From a bacterium (GTDB taxonomy: Bacteria; Patescibacteriota; Minisyncoccia; UBA6257; WO2-44-18): 64,000 nt of DNA. Below the pieces are notes generated by a model. The model did not search any database. It saw nothing but the letters and a program-made list of their open reading frames with translations, and was not told the DNA's origin. Positions 6,420 through 15,398 of the stretch are shown here, piece after piece; the stretch's first letter is position 1; each line of letters opens with the position of its first letter. The position numbers and the translations under genes are program-made. The DNA lies in the NCBI GenBank assembly GCA_030646995.1, contig JAUSKF010000006.1, positions 99,680-163,679 on the forward strand, read 5' to 3'.

Positions 6420-7421
6420 ATGTTGAACTCCGAGGCAAAACTCAATCCTAAAGTTCTCGAGCAAGACGTCGAGATGAAAGCCATCCGCGAAGGATATGGT
6501 GACGGTTTGATTATTGCCGGAGAGAAAGACCCGAATGTGGTGGTTTTGTGTGCCGACCTCACAGAGTCTACTCGTTCGCAGAAATTCGCGGAGAAATGGC
6601 CGGAGCGGTTTGTGCAGATTGGAGTAGCGGAGCAGAATCTGGCGGCGGTGGCCGCCGGGTTGGGGGTCTCGGGAAAGATTCCTTTTATTTCTTCTTACGC
6701 GACTTTTTCTCCCGGAAGAAACTGGGAGCAGATTCGGACCACTATTTGCTACAACGATTCTAACGTGAAGATTGCCGGTCACCACGCTGGTTTGATGACC
6801 GGTCCGGATGGTGCGACTCATCAAGCGACGGAAGACATCGCGATAATGAGATCGTTGCCGAACATGCGGGTTTTTGTGCCCTGCGATTCAATTGAGGCGA
6901 AAAAAGCCACGGTTGCGGCGGCAAAAATTTGGGGCCCGACTTACATTCGGTTCGCTCGCGAGAAATCTCCGACCGTCACCACAGAAGGAACGCCTTTTGT
7001 GCCTGGGAAAGCGGAGGTGTTCTGGCATCCGCCAGCTGGCGGAAAAAAGCCGGAAGTTTTGATTGTGGCCTGCGGAGTTTTAATGAGAAATGCGTTAATG
7101 GCAGCAAAAGAGTTAGAGGCCGAGGGAGTTGGCTCGGTAGTGCTGAACGTGCACACCATTGAACCGATAGACGATAAAAAGATTGCCGAATGGGCCAAGA
7201 AGGCCGGAGCGGTGGTTTCGGTGGAGGAGCATCAGGTTCAGGGAGGACTGGGTGGGGCGGTGGCGGAAGTGCTGGCGAAAGCCGCTCCTGTGCCGATGGA
7301 ATTTATCGGTATGCAGAATACATTCGGCGAATCCGGCGACCCGTGGGCGCTGGTGGAGAAATACGGAATGGGAGTGAAGGATATAAAGAAGGCGGCCAAG
7401 AAAGCTATCAGGAGAAAATAA
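6420..7421 (+). CDS. Transketolase, C-terminal (pyrimidine-binding) subunit
   Basis: GVAEQN, HAGLMTGPDGATHQATEDIA and RFAREKSPT motifs. Confidence 0.9.
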   Translation: MLNSEAKLNPKVLEQDVEMKAIREGYGDGLIIAGEKDPNVVVLCADLTESTRSQKFAEKWPERFVQIGVAEQNLAAVAAGLGVSGKIPFISSYATFSPGRNWEQIRTTICYNDSNVKIAGHHAGLMTGPDGATHQATEDIAIMRSLPNMRVFVPCDSIEAKKATVAAAKIWGPTYIRFAREKSPTVTTEGTPFVPGKAEVFWHPPAGGKKPEVLIVACGVLMRNALMAAKELEAEGVGSVVLNVHTIEPIDDKKIAEWAKKAGAVVSVEEHQVQGGLGGAVAEVLAKAAPVPMEFIGMQNTFGESGDPWALVEKYGMGVKDIKKAAKKAIRRK

Positions 7422-7480
7422 AAAAGTTCCGCTAGGCGGGGCTTTTTTATTTCTCCGCGTTGATATGATAAAATTACTCT

Positions 7481-8500
7481 ATGAAATTAAAATTGAATCA
7501 CGATAGACCAAGCTATGATCTTGTCTGTATCGGCGACTGCACCATTGATGCTTTTATCCGGCTCCAGGAGGCATCAGTTCATTGCGATGTTAATAAAGAG
7601 AACTGCCAGCTTTGCATGCCCTTTGCCACCAAGATCCCCTATGAATCTTTGGAGGTCATCCCCGCTGTCGGGAATTCTTCCAACGTTGCCGTCGGAGCGG
7701 CCCGAATGGGATTTAAAACCGCCATCATCACGGCGGTGGGCGGGGATCGTTACGGCACCGATATCCTTGATGTGTACCGCAAGGAGGGGGTGAGCACGGA
7801 ATTCGTGAAGATCAACAAAACTAAGCCGACCAATTATCACTTCGTTCTTAATTACGGACCCGAGCGGACGATTTTGATAAAGCACAATGACTATGAATAT
7901 TTTGACCCGAGAGTGGTAGATAAAAAGACCAAGTGGATCTATTTTTCCTCAATGGCAGAGAACACGCTCCCTTTTCACGACAAGATTGCTCAATATTTAA
8001 AGAGACATCCGGAAATAAAACTCGGATTCAATCCCGGTACCTTCCAGCTCCGCTATGGCATCAACAGGATGAAGGATATCTATCACCGCACTCATGTGTT
8101 GTTTGTGAATCGTGAAGAAGCCGCTTTCGTTCTTGGCAAGAAAAAGCTGGATGTTGGGCCGCTTTTTGAGGGGCTGCACAAGCTCGGTCCGAAAATTGTG
8201 GTGATCACGGACGGACCGAAAGGCGCCTATGCCTCCGACGGCATCAATCGCTATTATATGCCCATCTATCCCGATCCCAAGCCACCAATTTCCCGAACCG
8301 GAGCGGGCGATGCGTTCTCAACCGGATTTCTCTGCGCGATAATGTATGGCCTGACCGTTTATGACGCTTTACGCTGGGCTCCGATAGAATCTATGAATGT
8401 GGTTCAGCATTTCGGAGCGCAGGCCGGACTTTTCAAGAAAGCTCAACTTTTGAAAGCTTTGAGGGAAGCGCCAAAGAACTATCGACCGAAGCTCATCTAA
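7481..8500 (+). CDS. PfkB-family carbohydrate kinase (ribokinase/fructokinase-like)
   Basis: C-terminal TGAGDAF motif and ribokinase-type fold pattern (VCIGDCTID ... GGDRYG). Confidence 0.75.
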   Translation: MKLKLNHDRPSYDLVCIGDCTIDAFIRLQEASVHCDVNKENCQLCMPFATKIPYESLEVIPAVGNSSNVAVGAARMGFKTAIITAVGGDRYGTDILDVYRKEGVSTEFVKINKTKPTNYHFVLNYGPERTILIKHNDYEYFDPRVVDKKTKWIYFSSMAENTLPFHDKIAQYLKRHPEIKLGFNPGTFQLRYGINRMKDIYHRTHVLFVNREEAAFVLGKKKLDVGPLFEGLHKLGPKIVVITDGPKGAYASDGINRYYMPIYPDPKPPISRTGAGDAFSTGFLCAIMYGLTVYDALRWAPIESMNVVQHFGAQAGLFKKAQLLKALREAPKNYRPKLI

Positions 8501-9369
8501 TGCGAACTCTACGAGAAGTTTTAAGAGACGCGGAACGCCGAGGAGTGGCGGTGGGGCATTTTAATATTTCCGAGATTGGCGCGCTGAAAGCGATCGCGGA
8601 AGTGGCAAAAGAGTTGAAACTTCCGGTGATCGTGGGCACTTCGGAAGGAGAACGGGAATTTTTGGATATCCACGACGCGGTAGCCTTGGTGCGGGATCTG
8701 CGGGAAAAGCACGGTCAGGAAATTTATTTAAACGCAGACCATACGAAGTCTTTAGAAAAAATTAAAGAAGCGGTGAATGCCGGCTACGACGCAGTCTTGT
8801 TTGATGGCGGCGCGCTTCCATTGGAGAAAAATATTGAGATCACAAAAGCGGTAGTTAAATATGTGCGCGAATTTAATAAAGGAATTTTAGTGGAAGGAGA
8901 ATTGGGAAATATCGGCAGTGGCTCGACTATCCGGAAAGAATTGCCGAAAGGCGCCGCTATTAAACCCGAAGACCTTACGCACCCGGAAGACGCAGTGCGG
9001 TTTGTAAAAGAAACAGGAGTAGATCTGTTGGCGCCGGCAGTCGGGAATATTCATGGAATGTTTGCTAACGCTCCCGAGCCGGCTTTGAATATTGATCGAA
9101 TCCGAGAAATTAAAGACGCAACCGGCATCCCGCTGGTTTTGCATGGAGGCTCGGGCAATACTGATGCAGATTTTCTGGCGGCAATTGCGGTTGGTGTGCG
9201 GATTATTCACATCAGCACAGAGTTAAGATTGGCTTGGCGCAAGGGAATGGAGGCGACCTTGAAAGATAAACCAGATGAAGTAGCGCCTTATAAGCTTATG
9301 GAGGGCTCCATTGAAGAAATGAAGAAGGTTTTAACCCAGCGGCTGAAGCTTTTCAATCATATTAAATAG
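8500..9369 (+). CDS. fba: Fructose-bisphosphate aldolase, class II
   Basis: HFNISE, NADHTKS and VLHGGSG motifs of class II FBA; ATG overlaps the upstream stop (TAATG). Confidence 0.9.
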   Translation: MRTLREVLRDAERRGVAVGHFNISEIGALKAIAEVAKELKLPVIVGTSEGEREFLDIHDAVALVRDLREKHGQEIYLNADHTKSLEKIKEAVNAGYDAVLFDGGALPLEKNIEITKAVVKYVREFNKGILVEGELGNIGSGSTIRKELPKGAAIKPEDLTHPEDAVRFVKETGVDLLAPAVGNIHGMFANAPEPALNIDRIREIKDATGIPLVLHGGSGNTDADFLAAIAVGVRIIHISTELRLAWRKGMEATLKDKPDEVAPYKLMEGSIEEMKKVLTQRLKLFNHIK

Positions 9370-9408
9370 ACTTGTAAATTGTTTGAGATTGGGATAATAT
9401 ATATCCCA

Positions 9409-10116
9409 ATGGAATTAGTGGTGCAAAAAAGGGAGAAATTTGGAAAAGCGACCAAGGCTATGCGTAAGGCTGGTTTAGTGCCGGCCGAGCTTTATGGCCG
9501 TGGAATTGCCAACGTGCATTTGTCTATTCCGGCGAAAGAATTGCGAAAAGTTTTAAAGCAATCCGGTGAGAACACTATGGTTGACGTTATGATAGATGGC
9601 GAGAAGCGCCCCGTGATGATTCACGAGTTAGCTCTTGATCCGGTAAGCGATGAAATCACCAACGTTGATCTTTATCAGGTACGTTTGGACGAAAAAATCA
9701 AAGTTCGCGTGCCGGTGGAATTTGTTGGTGAATCCGATGCCGTTAAGAGCAAGAATGGTTTGTTGGTGAAGGCGATGCAAGAAATTGAAGTCGAGTCTTT
9801 GCCGACCGACATCCCTCGTTCGGTTTCCGTGGATATTTCTAAGATTGCCGACATCGGCCAGAGTGTCCACGTAAAAGATTTAGTACTACCGAAAGGTGTT
9901 GAGGTTGTAGCTGATGGTGAATCTGTGGTTGCCACCGTCACCGCTAAGATGACCGAAGAGCAGGAAGCTGCTCTGGCCGCTGAAGTTAAACCGGAAGATG
10001 TGAAAGTTGAGACCGAAGAAAAGAAAGAGGCTCGTGATGCTGAAAAGGCTGCCGCTGAACCCGCCACGGCGGGTAAAGCTCCTGCTGGTGGCGCTCCGAC
10101 TGCTGAAAAGAAATAG
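9409..10116 (+). CDS. rplY: 50S ribosomal protein L25 (general stress protein Ctc form)
   Basis: MELVVQKREKFGKA...LVPAELYGRG... with a Lys/Ala/Glu-rich C-terminal tail; track ORF 9379 trimmed to the internal ATG. Confidence 0.85.
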   Translation: MELVVQKREKFGKATKAMRKAGLVPAELYGRGIANVHLSIPAKELRKVLKQSGENTMVDVMIDGEKRPVMIHELALDPVSDEITNVDLYQVRLDEKIKVRVPVEFVGESDAVKSKNGLLVKAMQEIEVESLPTDIPRSVSVDISKIADIGQSVHVKDLVLPKGVEVVADGESVVATVTAKMTEEQEAALAAEVKPEDVKVETEEKKEARDAEKAAAEPATAGKAPAGGAPTAEKK

Positions 10117-10117
10117 T

Positions 10118-10154
10118 TGGAGTAATCGCGAATAATGCGAATTGGGGAGGTAAT
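10118..10154 (+). repeat. Dispersed intergenic repeat ggagtaatcgcgaataatgcgaattggggaggtaata (copy A)
   Basis: 37 nt identical to 41214-41250; related copy at 31062-31095; sits immediately after a stop codon and contains SD and ATG. Confidence 0.85.
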
Positions 10155-10155
10155 A

Positions 10156-11529
10156 ATGCGAATGGAAACAGAACGACTCCGCAAGAAATTGCGGGGTTTT
10201 TCGTTATATACTATGAATATGCGATTTATAGCTGTTCTCCTATTTATCCCTACTTTTATACTTAATACCGGATACTCGATACTTAATACTATCCCGGTGG
10301 CCTTTGCTCAATCCGCCTCCGAGCGGGAAGCTTTAGAGCGTCAATTGATTGAATTGGAAAACCAGATTGCCCAGCATGAGGCGACTGTGAATGTGTATAA
10401 AAAACAAGGAAAGACTTTGCAGGGCGAGGTGAGTTCCTTGAACTCTAAGATTGCCAAGTTGAATCTGCAGATCAAGGCGATTACGTTGAATCTGTCCAAG
10501 CTGGACAAGGATATAACGGTTAACAAGGGTCAGATAACAGAGGCGGAGGATAAACTGGAAACTAACAAGGGCGCGCTCGCTAATCTGATTAGGCGGTTGA
10601 ATGAAGAAGAAAATCTGGGTTTGATGGAGGTAGTTTTGAGAAATCCAAGACTTTCCGATTTTTTTGGAAATTTAAATAGTATTCTTGTGGTTAAAGACAC
10701 TCTTTCTATAACTGTCGGAAAGGTCGCAAAGTTACGCGAAGATCTTTTGGATAAAAAAGAAGCTTTGGCGAATAAGCGTAGCGACGCGGCCGCCTTAAAG
10801 GCTTATCAGGATTCTCAAAAAGCTTCCATCGCCAAAACTAAGAAAGACAAGGATGCTCTTTTGAAAGAGACGAAAGGCCAAGAATCCAAATATCAGGAGA
10901 TTTTAAAAGAAACTCGGAAAACTGCCGCCCAGATTCGCAGCCGCATCTTTGAATTTTTGGGTGGTGGAGAAATGAGTTTTGATGAAGCGTATCAATTTGC
11001 GAAGTTTGCCGAGCAGGCGACTGGAGTGCGCGCAGCTTTTATTCTGGCGATTTTGGATAGAGAGTCGGCGCTTGGTCAGAACGTGGGAAAGTGCGGATAT
11101 AAAACCGCTATGCACCCCACGCGGGATACGCCACTTTTCTTGGCACTAACTGCCTCATTGAGTATCAACCCTGATACGATTACGGTTTCTTGCGCGAATA
11201 GTGACGGCGCGTATGGTGGAGCGATGGGGCCATCTCAATTCATTCCGTCCACTTGGAATATATATAAAGACCGCATTGCGGAAGTCACCGGTCACAATCC
11301 GGCCTCTCCGTGGAATAACGGCGACGCATTCGTGGGCACCGCTTTGTATATGAAGGACTCTCTGACTGGTTGCAGGGCGATCTATTCCAAACAGTTGGAC
11401 CAAGAGCGTTGCGCGGCGGCTAAATATTATGCGGGAGGTAGATGGAGGAGTCATCTTTGGGGATATGGAGATAGGGTAGTTACTAAAGCCCAGCAGTTCC
11501 AAAGCGATATCGATATCTTAAATTCCTAA
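10156..11529 (+). CDS. Secreted coiled-coil protein with C-terminal lytic transglycosylase (SLT-like) domain
   Basis: Signal-peptide-like N-terminus, about 230 aa of coiled coil, then LAILDRESALGQNVGKC / AMGPSQFIPSTW / YYAGG reminiscent of the SLT family; SD ggggagg 6 nt upstream of ATG 10156; the start overlaps the dispersed repeat element. Confidence 0.6.
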   Translation: MRMETERLRKKLRGFSLYTMNMRFIAVLLFIPTFILNTGYSILNTIPVAFAQSASEREALERQLIELENQIAQHEATVNVYKKQGKTLQGEVSSLNSKIAKLNLQIKAITLNLSKLDKDITVNKGQITEAEDKLETNKGALANLIRRLNEEENLGLMEVVLRNPRLSDFFGNLNSILVVKDTLSITVGKVAKLREDLLDKKEALANKRSDAAALKAYQDSQKASIAKTKKDKDALLKETKGQESKYQEILKETRKTAAQIRSRIFEFLGGGEMSFDEAYQFAKFAEQATGVRAAFILAILDRESALGQNVGKCGYKTAMHPTRDTPLFLALTASLSINPDTITVSCANSDGAYGGAMGPSQFIPSTWNIYKDRIAEVTGHNPASPWNNGDAFVGTALYMKDSLTGCRAIYSKQLDQERCAAAKYYAGGRWRSHLWGYGDRVVTKAQQFQSDIDILNS

Positions 11530-11612
11530 GTCGCTTTGCCCCGCCGTCGGCGTGGGCGCGATATCGACATCCTGAATTCGTAGTGATATAGTTTTTTCGG
11601 TTCTTTGTAGAA

Positions 11613-11804
11613 ATGGAGGCAGTCATGAGTAAGTCGGACGTCAGGAGATTGAGCGGGTTGAAGATTTTTCGGTTCGTGTTTCCGACAATGTCGAATGGTT
11701 TGTATGATTTCAAGATTGAAAGCTTGGATTTTACCGCTAAGAACAAGAAGCAGGCCAAGAAGGACGCTATCGCTTATTTAAAGACCAGGATTTGCGAGCC
11801 CTGA
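11613..11804 (+). CDS. Hypothetical small protein
   Basis: 63-aa ORF with a ggagg RBS before the internal ATG 11625; no recognisable motif. Confidence 0.3.
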   Translation: MEAVMSKSDVRRLSGLKIFRFVFPTMSNGLYDFKIESLDFTAKNKKQAKKDAIAYLKTRICEP

Positions 11805-11930
11805 AACGGCCTAACTCCTGAACAGGCTGTTCAGGTGGCGGAGATTACGGAAGTCGCAGACGATTTTGAGATTACTGTGATTGGGCGTTGGCCGAAGAAG
11901 AATTGGCCTAGAAAGAAAAATAGTTAGAAA

Positions 11931-11955
11931 AAGCCCCGCAATGCGGGGCTTTTTG
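11931..11955. terminator. Bidirectional rho-independent terminator
   Basis: agccccgcaatgcggggct hairpin flanked by A-run and T-run between convergent genes. Confidence 0.8.
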
Positions 11956-11956
11956 T

Positions 11957-12697
11957 TTACTGTTGCGGGCGTTGCGCTTTTTGAATTTTGCTTAAAATTG
12001 CATCAAAATTTCCATTCAGCACCTCTTCTACGTTATGCACCTTGATCCCGAAGCGGTGGTCGGTGATGCGGTCGTCAGGGAAGTTGTAGGTGCGGATTTT
12101 TTCCGAGCGGTCGGCAGTGCCGACTTGGGCGCGGCGGGCGGAGGTTACGTCGCCAAACTCTTTTTCTTTTTGCATCGCGTAAAGCTTGGCGCGGAGCATT
12201 TCCATTGCCATTTCGCGGTTAGATTTCTGGTCGCGTTCTACGCGGCAGGAGATTACGATGCCGCTGGGTTTATGCAAAATGCGGACGGCGCTTTCAATTT
12301 TATTTACGTTTTGTCCGCCCGGGCCGCCTGCTCGGGAAAAGGTAATCTCTAAATCCTCGGATCGGATATTTACTTCTTTTGCCTCAACGACAGGAAGAAT
12401 GGCGACGGTGGCGGTGGAGGTGTGCACGCGGCCGGACTTCTCAGTGTTCGGAACGCGCTGAACCCGATGAGTGCCGGATTCATTTTTGAAAGCTTCATAG
12501 CAACCGACTCCGTCAACTCTGCCGATGAAAGTTTTGTAGCCGCCTAGAGTGCCAGGGGAAGTGTCGGAAATGGAAAAAGCCCAGCCCTGTTTCAGGGAGT
12601 ATTTTTGATACATTCGCACCAAGTCTCCGGCAAAGATGGAGGCCTCATCGCCTCCCGCCCCCGCCCGGACTTCTAAGATGATTTTGTTCATAGCCAA
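11957..12697 (-). CDS. prfA: Peptide chain release factor 1-like protein lacking N-terminal domain 1
   Basis: RAGAGGDEA, RVQRVPNTE (PxT type) and GGQ motifs; 246 aa; alignment by recall to E. coli RF1 starts at about residue 108; only about 110 nt of non-coding DNA lie upstream. Confidence 0.8.
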   Translation of the reverse strand: MAMNKIILEVRAGAGGDEASIFAGDLVRMYQKYSLKQGWAFSISDTSPGTLGGYKTFIGRVDGVGCYEAFKNESGTHRVQRVPNTEKSGRVHTSTATVAILPVVEAKEVNIRSEDLEITFSRAGGPGGQNVNKIESAVRILHKPSGIVISCRVERDQKSNREMAMEMLRAKLYAMQKEKEFGDVTSARRAQVGTADRSEKIRTYNFPDDRITDHRFGIKVHNVEEVLNGNFDAILSKIQKAQRPQQ

Positions 12698-12808
12698 TAG
12701 TGTAAAACAGGTTGATTTTTAAGTAAATATTAGGTACGATGTGGGCACATTAAGCTCTTTGCTTAATCGCCGACCACAGGCTTCGGTGGTGTTCTTTAAA
12801 AGGGGAAA

Positions 12809-13654
12809 ATGACGATGAAGGACTTAATCGTCGGCTTGTTCAAAGCCTCCCTGAACAGGGTTGGCTTTGGGGTAGATGGCTGTTTTGCTCGGAACTGGCG
12901 GGCGCTCCTCTTCGGAGTTCTCGTCTGCGTGTATATCGGCCTGTCGGTGATTGCTTATACCGACCATGGCGGTTCGCAATCCATTACGCCGCTTACCAGC
13001 CGTGAGCGTTCCGGATTGGAGGTTTGGAGAAAGAATAATTGTCAGGTTTGTCACCAGATTTACGGCTTCGGCGGTTTTTTGGGGCCGGACCTGACCAATG
13101 TTGTTGATGACGGACGTAGCGATGATGATTTCGCTAAGATTCTAACCGTCGGCTATAAGAAAATGCCGGCGATGAATCTGTCGGACGAGGATTGTGTGTC
13201 CGTTCTCGCTTTTTTGAGAGCGGTGAATCGCACGGGTCGTTCGCAGCCGAGAGCAAACGTGGCGAGGCGACCGATTAATCCCAAGTTTCATTGGGAGACG
13301 CTGATGGAGATGGCTGAAGATCGGAATCTTTCTGACGAGGTGAAGCAAGGATGTGAGATCGTAACGACTGCGTCTTGCGGATCGTGTCATGTGCCGTTTA
13401 TGCAGGGAGTGCATCGTTCGCCGGATCTTACGGCCGCGGCAGTTGATCGCTCGGTCAAGAATATCGGACCTGTCCTGAAAGACGGTCGCGGTGCAATGCC
13501 TTCCTTTCAGTTCTCGGATAAGGAGATTGCAAAGATCTCCGCCTTCTTGGAGTGGGTGGCCAAAAACCGTTCCGAGTTGGTGAAAAAGAATGACCAAATG
13601 CTTGATCGTGAAGGATTTTCCTGGCGGGATCTACAGTGGTGGGAGTACAAATGA
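12809..13654 (+). CDS. Membrane-anchored diheme c-type cytochrome
   Basis: Two CxxCH motifs (CQVCH, CGSCH); N-terminal TM helix; TGA stop overlaps the ATG of the next gene. Confidence 0.75.
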   Translation: MTMKDLIVGLFKASLNRVGFGVDGCFARNWRALLFGVLVCVYIGLSVIAYTDHGGSQSITPLTSRERSGLEVWRKNNCQVCHQIYGFGGFLGPDLTNVVDDGRSDDDFAKILTVGYKKMPAMNLSDEDCVSVLAFLRAVNRTGRSQPRANVARRPINPKFHWETLMEMAEDRNLSDEVKQGCEIVTTASCGSCHVPFMQGVHRSPDLTAAAVDRSVKNIGPVLKDGRGAMPSFQFSDKEIAKISAFLEWVAKNRSELVKKNDQMLDREGFSWRDLQWWEYK

Positions 13655-15018
13655 ACACCTTCCCACGTGATGGTAGGCCGGTGGCGGTGCTTGTGCTGAT
13701 GGCTATCAGCGCCTGCGCGTTGGCGCTGTTTAGCGGCGTTGCGGCTGGGCTGACTTATACCGATTTGGAATCGGCAATCCGCTCAATCGGGCTGACTCTT
13801 CAGCACATTCGTCCTATCCACGAATCGTTCGCGTTCGCCTGGGTCTTCCTGGGAGGCGTAGCGGTTGTTCATGCCTGGCTAATTTCGACCGGCGGACCTT
13901 TAAATCCGGCGGAGCGGAAACGCTTCGCGGTAATGATCGGTCTTTGGGTCGTAGCCGGAGCGGGAATTCTCGTGACCTTGCTAGCCGGACGATTTACCGG
14001 AAGAGAATATGCCGGATATCATCCGGTATTCTCGGTGATAATCTTCGTCGGCTGGTTGTTGTTCGCCTGGAATTTCTTCGGACGTACCCGATTTTCCCTT
14101 CGCGGACAGCCGGTTTACGTTTGGATGTGGACAGCGGCGATCCCGTTGTTCGCGGTCACTTTCTTGGAAGCCCATGCTTATACCTTTGACTGGGTTTCTC
14201 GGCAGCCGATCCGCGACATCGCTATCCAATGGAAAGCGAATGGCGTGATGGTCGGTAGTTTTAACCTGCTAGCCTACGGTTCAATGATGTGGACCGGAGG
14301 AAAGATGCGCGGGGACGACCGCTATTCGCGTTCAGCGACGGCCTTCCTGCTGTTCTCGGTAGGTATTGTGAACACGTTCACAAACTACGGGCATCATACT
14401 TTTCATCTGCCACAGACTCCGTGGGTGCATTGGGTAAGCTTCCTGATCTCGATGGCGGAAGTGCTGTTGCTGGCGAAGGCCGCTGTCGACCTCTGGGGTT
14501 TGAGGCGTAAGTCAATTCCGCCGGATCTGGCATTGCCGGACCGATTTGCCCGGAGCGTTACGCTCTGGACTACGGCGATGTTGGTGATGGCAATCGGGAT
14601 GTCCGTCCCACCGCTCAATTCATTGATCCACGGCACGACCGTCGTAACGGCTCATGCTATGGGTACGATGATTGGCATTGACTCAATGATCTTGTGGGGC
14701 GCGCTTTCGTGGCTAATCCGTCAATTTGCCGGACAGGTAGACGGCGTGGTTAATAGCCGATGGATGCGCCGCGCCGTGGCAATCCTTGATCTGTCGCTGG
14801 CGGGCTTCCTGACCGTTTTCATAATCCGGGGCATTGCTTCCGGATTGGAACGCCAGCTTGGTCCCTCGGCGCCGGACTGGAGCAGGTTCGTCTCGGTATT
14901 CCCGGTCCTGATGGTTGCCTTCGGGTCAGTGCTGGCGGTGACGGTGATTTGGATGGTCGTCCGTTGGATGATTGTATTGATCGGAGTTTTGCGCTCCGAT
15001 GAGATATCAAGTAAATAG
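13651..15018 (+). CDS. 12-TM His-rich membrane protein, heme-copper oxidase / NorB / NnrS-like (putative)
   Basis: About 12 predicted TM helices; conserved-looking His in helices (GYHPVF, NYGHHTFH, TAHAMG); translationally coupled (ATGA overlap) to the diheme cytochrome c gene; exact family not resolved. Confidence 0.5.
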   Translation: MNTFPRDGRPVAVLVLMAISACALALFSGVAAGLTYTDLESAIRSIGLTLQHIRPIHESFAFAWVFLGGVAVVHAWLISTGGPLNPAERKRFAVMIGLWVVAGAGILVTLLAGRFTGREYAGYHPVFSVIIFVGWLLFAWNFFGRTRFSLRGQPVYVWMWTAAIPLFAVTFLEAHAYTFDWVSRQPIRDIAIQWKANGVMVGSFNLLAYGSMMWTGGKMRGDDRYSRSATAFLLFSVGIVNTFTNYGHHTFHLPQTPWVHWVSFLISMAEVLLLAKAAVDLWGLRRKSIPPDLALPDRFARSVTLWTTAMLVMAIGMSVPPLNSLIHGTTVVTAHAMGTMIGIDSMILWGALSWLIRQFAGQVDGVVNSRWMRRAVAILDLSLAGFLTVFIIRGIASGLERQLGPSAPDWSRFVSVFPVLMVAFGSVLAVTVIWMVVRWMIVLIGVLRSDEISSK

Positions 15019-15021
15019 CAA

Positions 15022-15046
15022 AATCCCCTCGCAAGGAGGGGATTTT
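15022..15046. terminator. Bidirectional terminator between convergent genes
   Basis: aatcccctcgcaaggaggggatt hairpin followed by a T-run. Confidence 0.75.
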
Positions 15047-15310
15047 TTATTTCTTCGTTTTCCCTACTTTCTTCACGCGAGCCTTCTTTACAATCTTCGG
15101 AGCGGCCTCGGCTTTCGCGCGGCGGGCCTTAAACTTCTCAACTTTTCCGGCGGTATCAATCAAGTTTTGTTTACCGGTGTAGAAAGGATGGCAGTTGAAG
15201 CAGATTTCAACGTTAAGCTCCGGCTTGGTGGAGCCGGTGGTGAATTCTTTTCCGCAAACGCACTTAACTTTTGCTTTGTCGAAATATTGTGGGTGAATTT
15301 CTGTTTTCAT
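15047..15310 (-). CDS. rpmE: 50S ribosomal protein L31 with Lys-rich C-terminal extension
   Basis: MKTEIHPQY...CxC...CHPFYTGKQ zinc-ribbon pattern of bL31. Confidence 0.9.
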   Translation of the reverse strand: MKTEIHPQYFDKAKVKCVCGKEFTTGSTKPELNVEICFNCHPFYTGKQNLIDTAGKVEKFKARRAKAEAAPKIVKKARVKKVGKTKK

Positions 15311-15398
15311 ATCGTTGAAAAGTATATTAAACCATCATTGCTTTTTTTACAAGTTCCGAGTACATTTGGAATCAGTTACTTCAAAAAGGAAACAAGCG

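Noticed and set aside
6405-6824. 139-aa minus ORF antisense to the transketolase C-terminal subunit
   Set aside because: Overlaps a well-supported conserved gene. Arg-rich antisense artefact.
9675-10184. 169-aa low-complexity ORF antisense to rplY
   Set aside because: Ala/Ser-rich antisense translation of the Lys/Ala/Glu-rich bL25 tail. No start context.
11503-11583. Imperfect 27-bp duplication of the 3' end of the transglycosylase gene 54 bp downstream
   Set aside because: 22/27 identity only. It could be a minor recombination scar but there is no further support. Low interest.
13651-15018. Assigning the 12-TM protein definitively as NorB or cbb3 CcoN
   Set aside because: The canonical helix-X H-x-H and helix-VI motifs could not be matched by eye. 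The call is left as a HCO/NnrS-like hypothesis.
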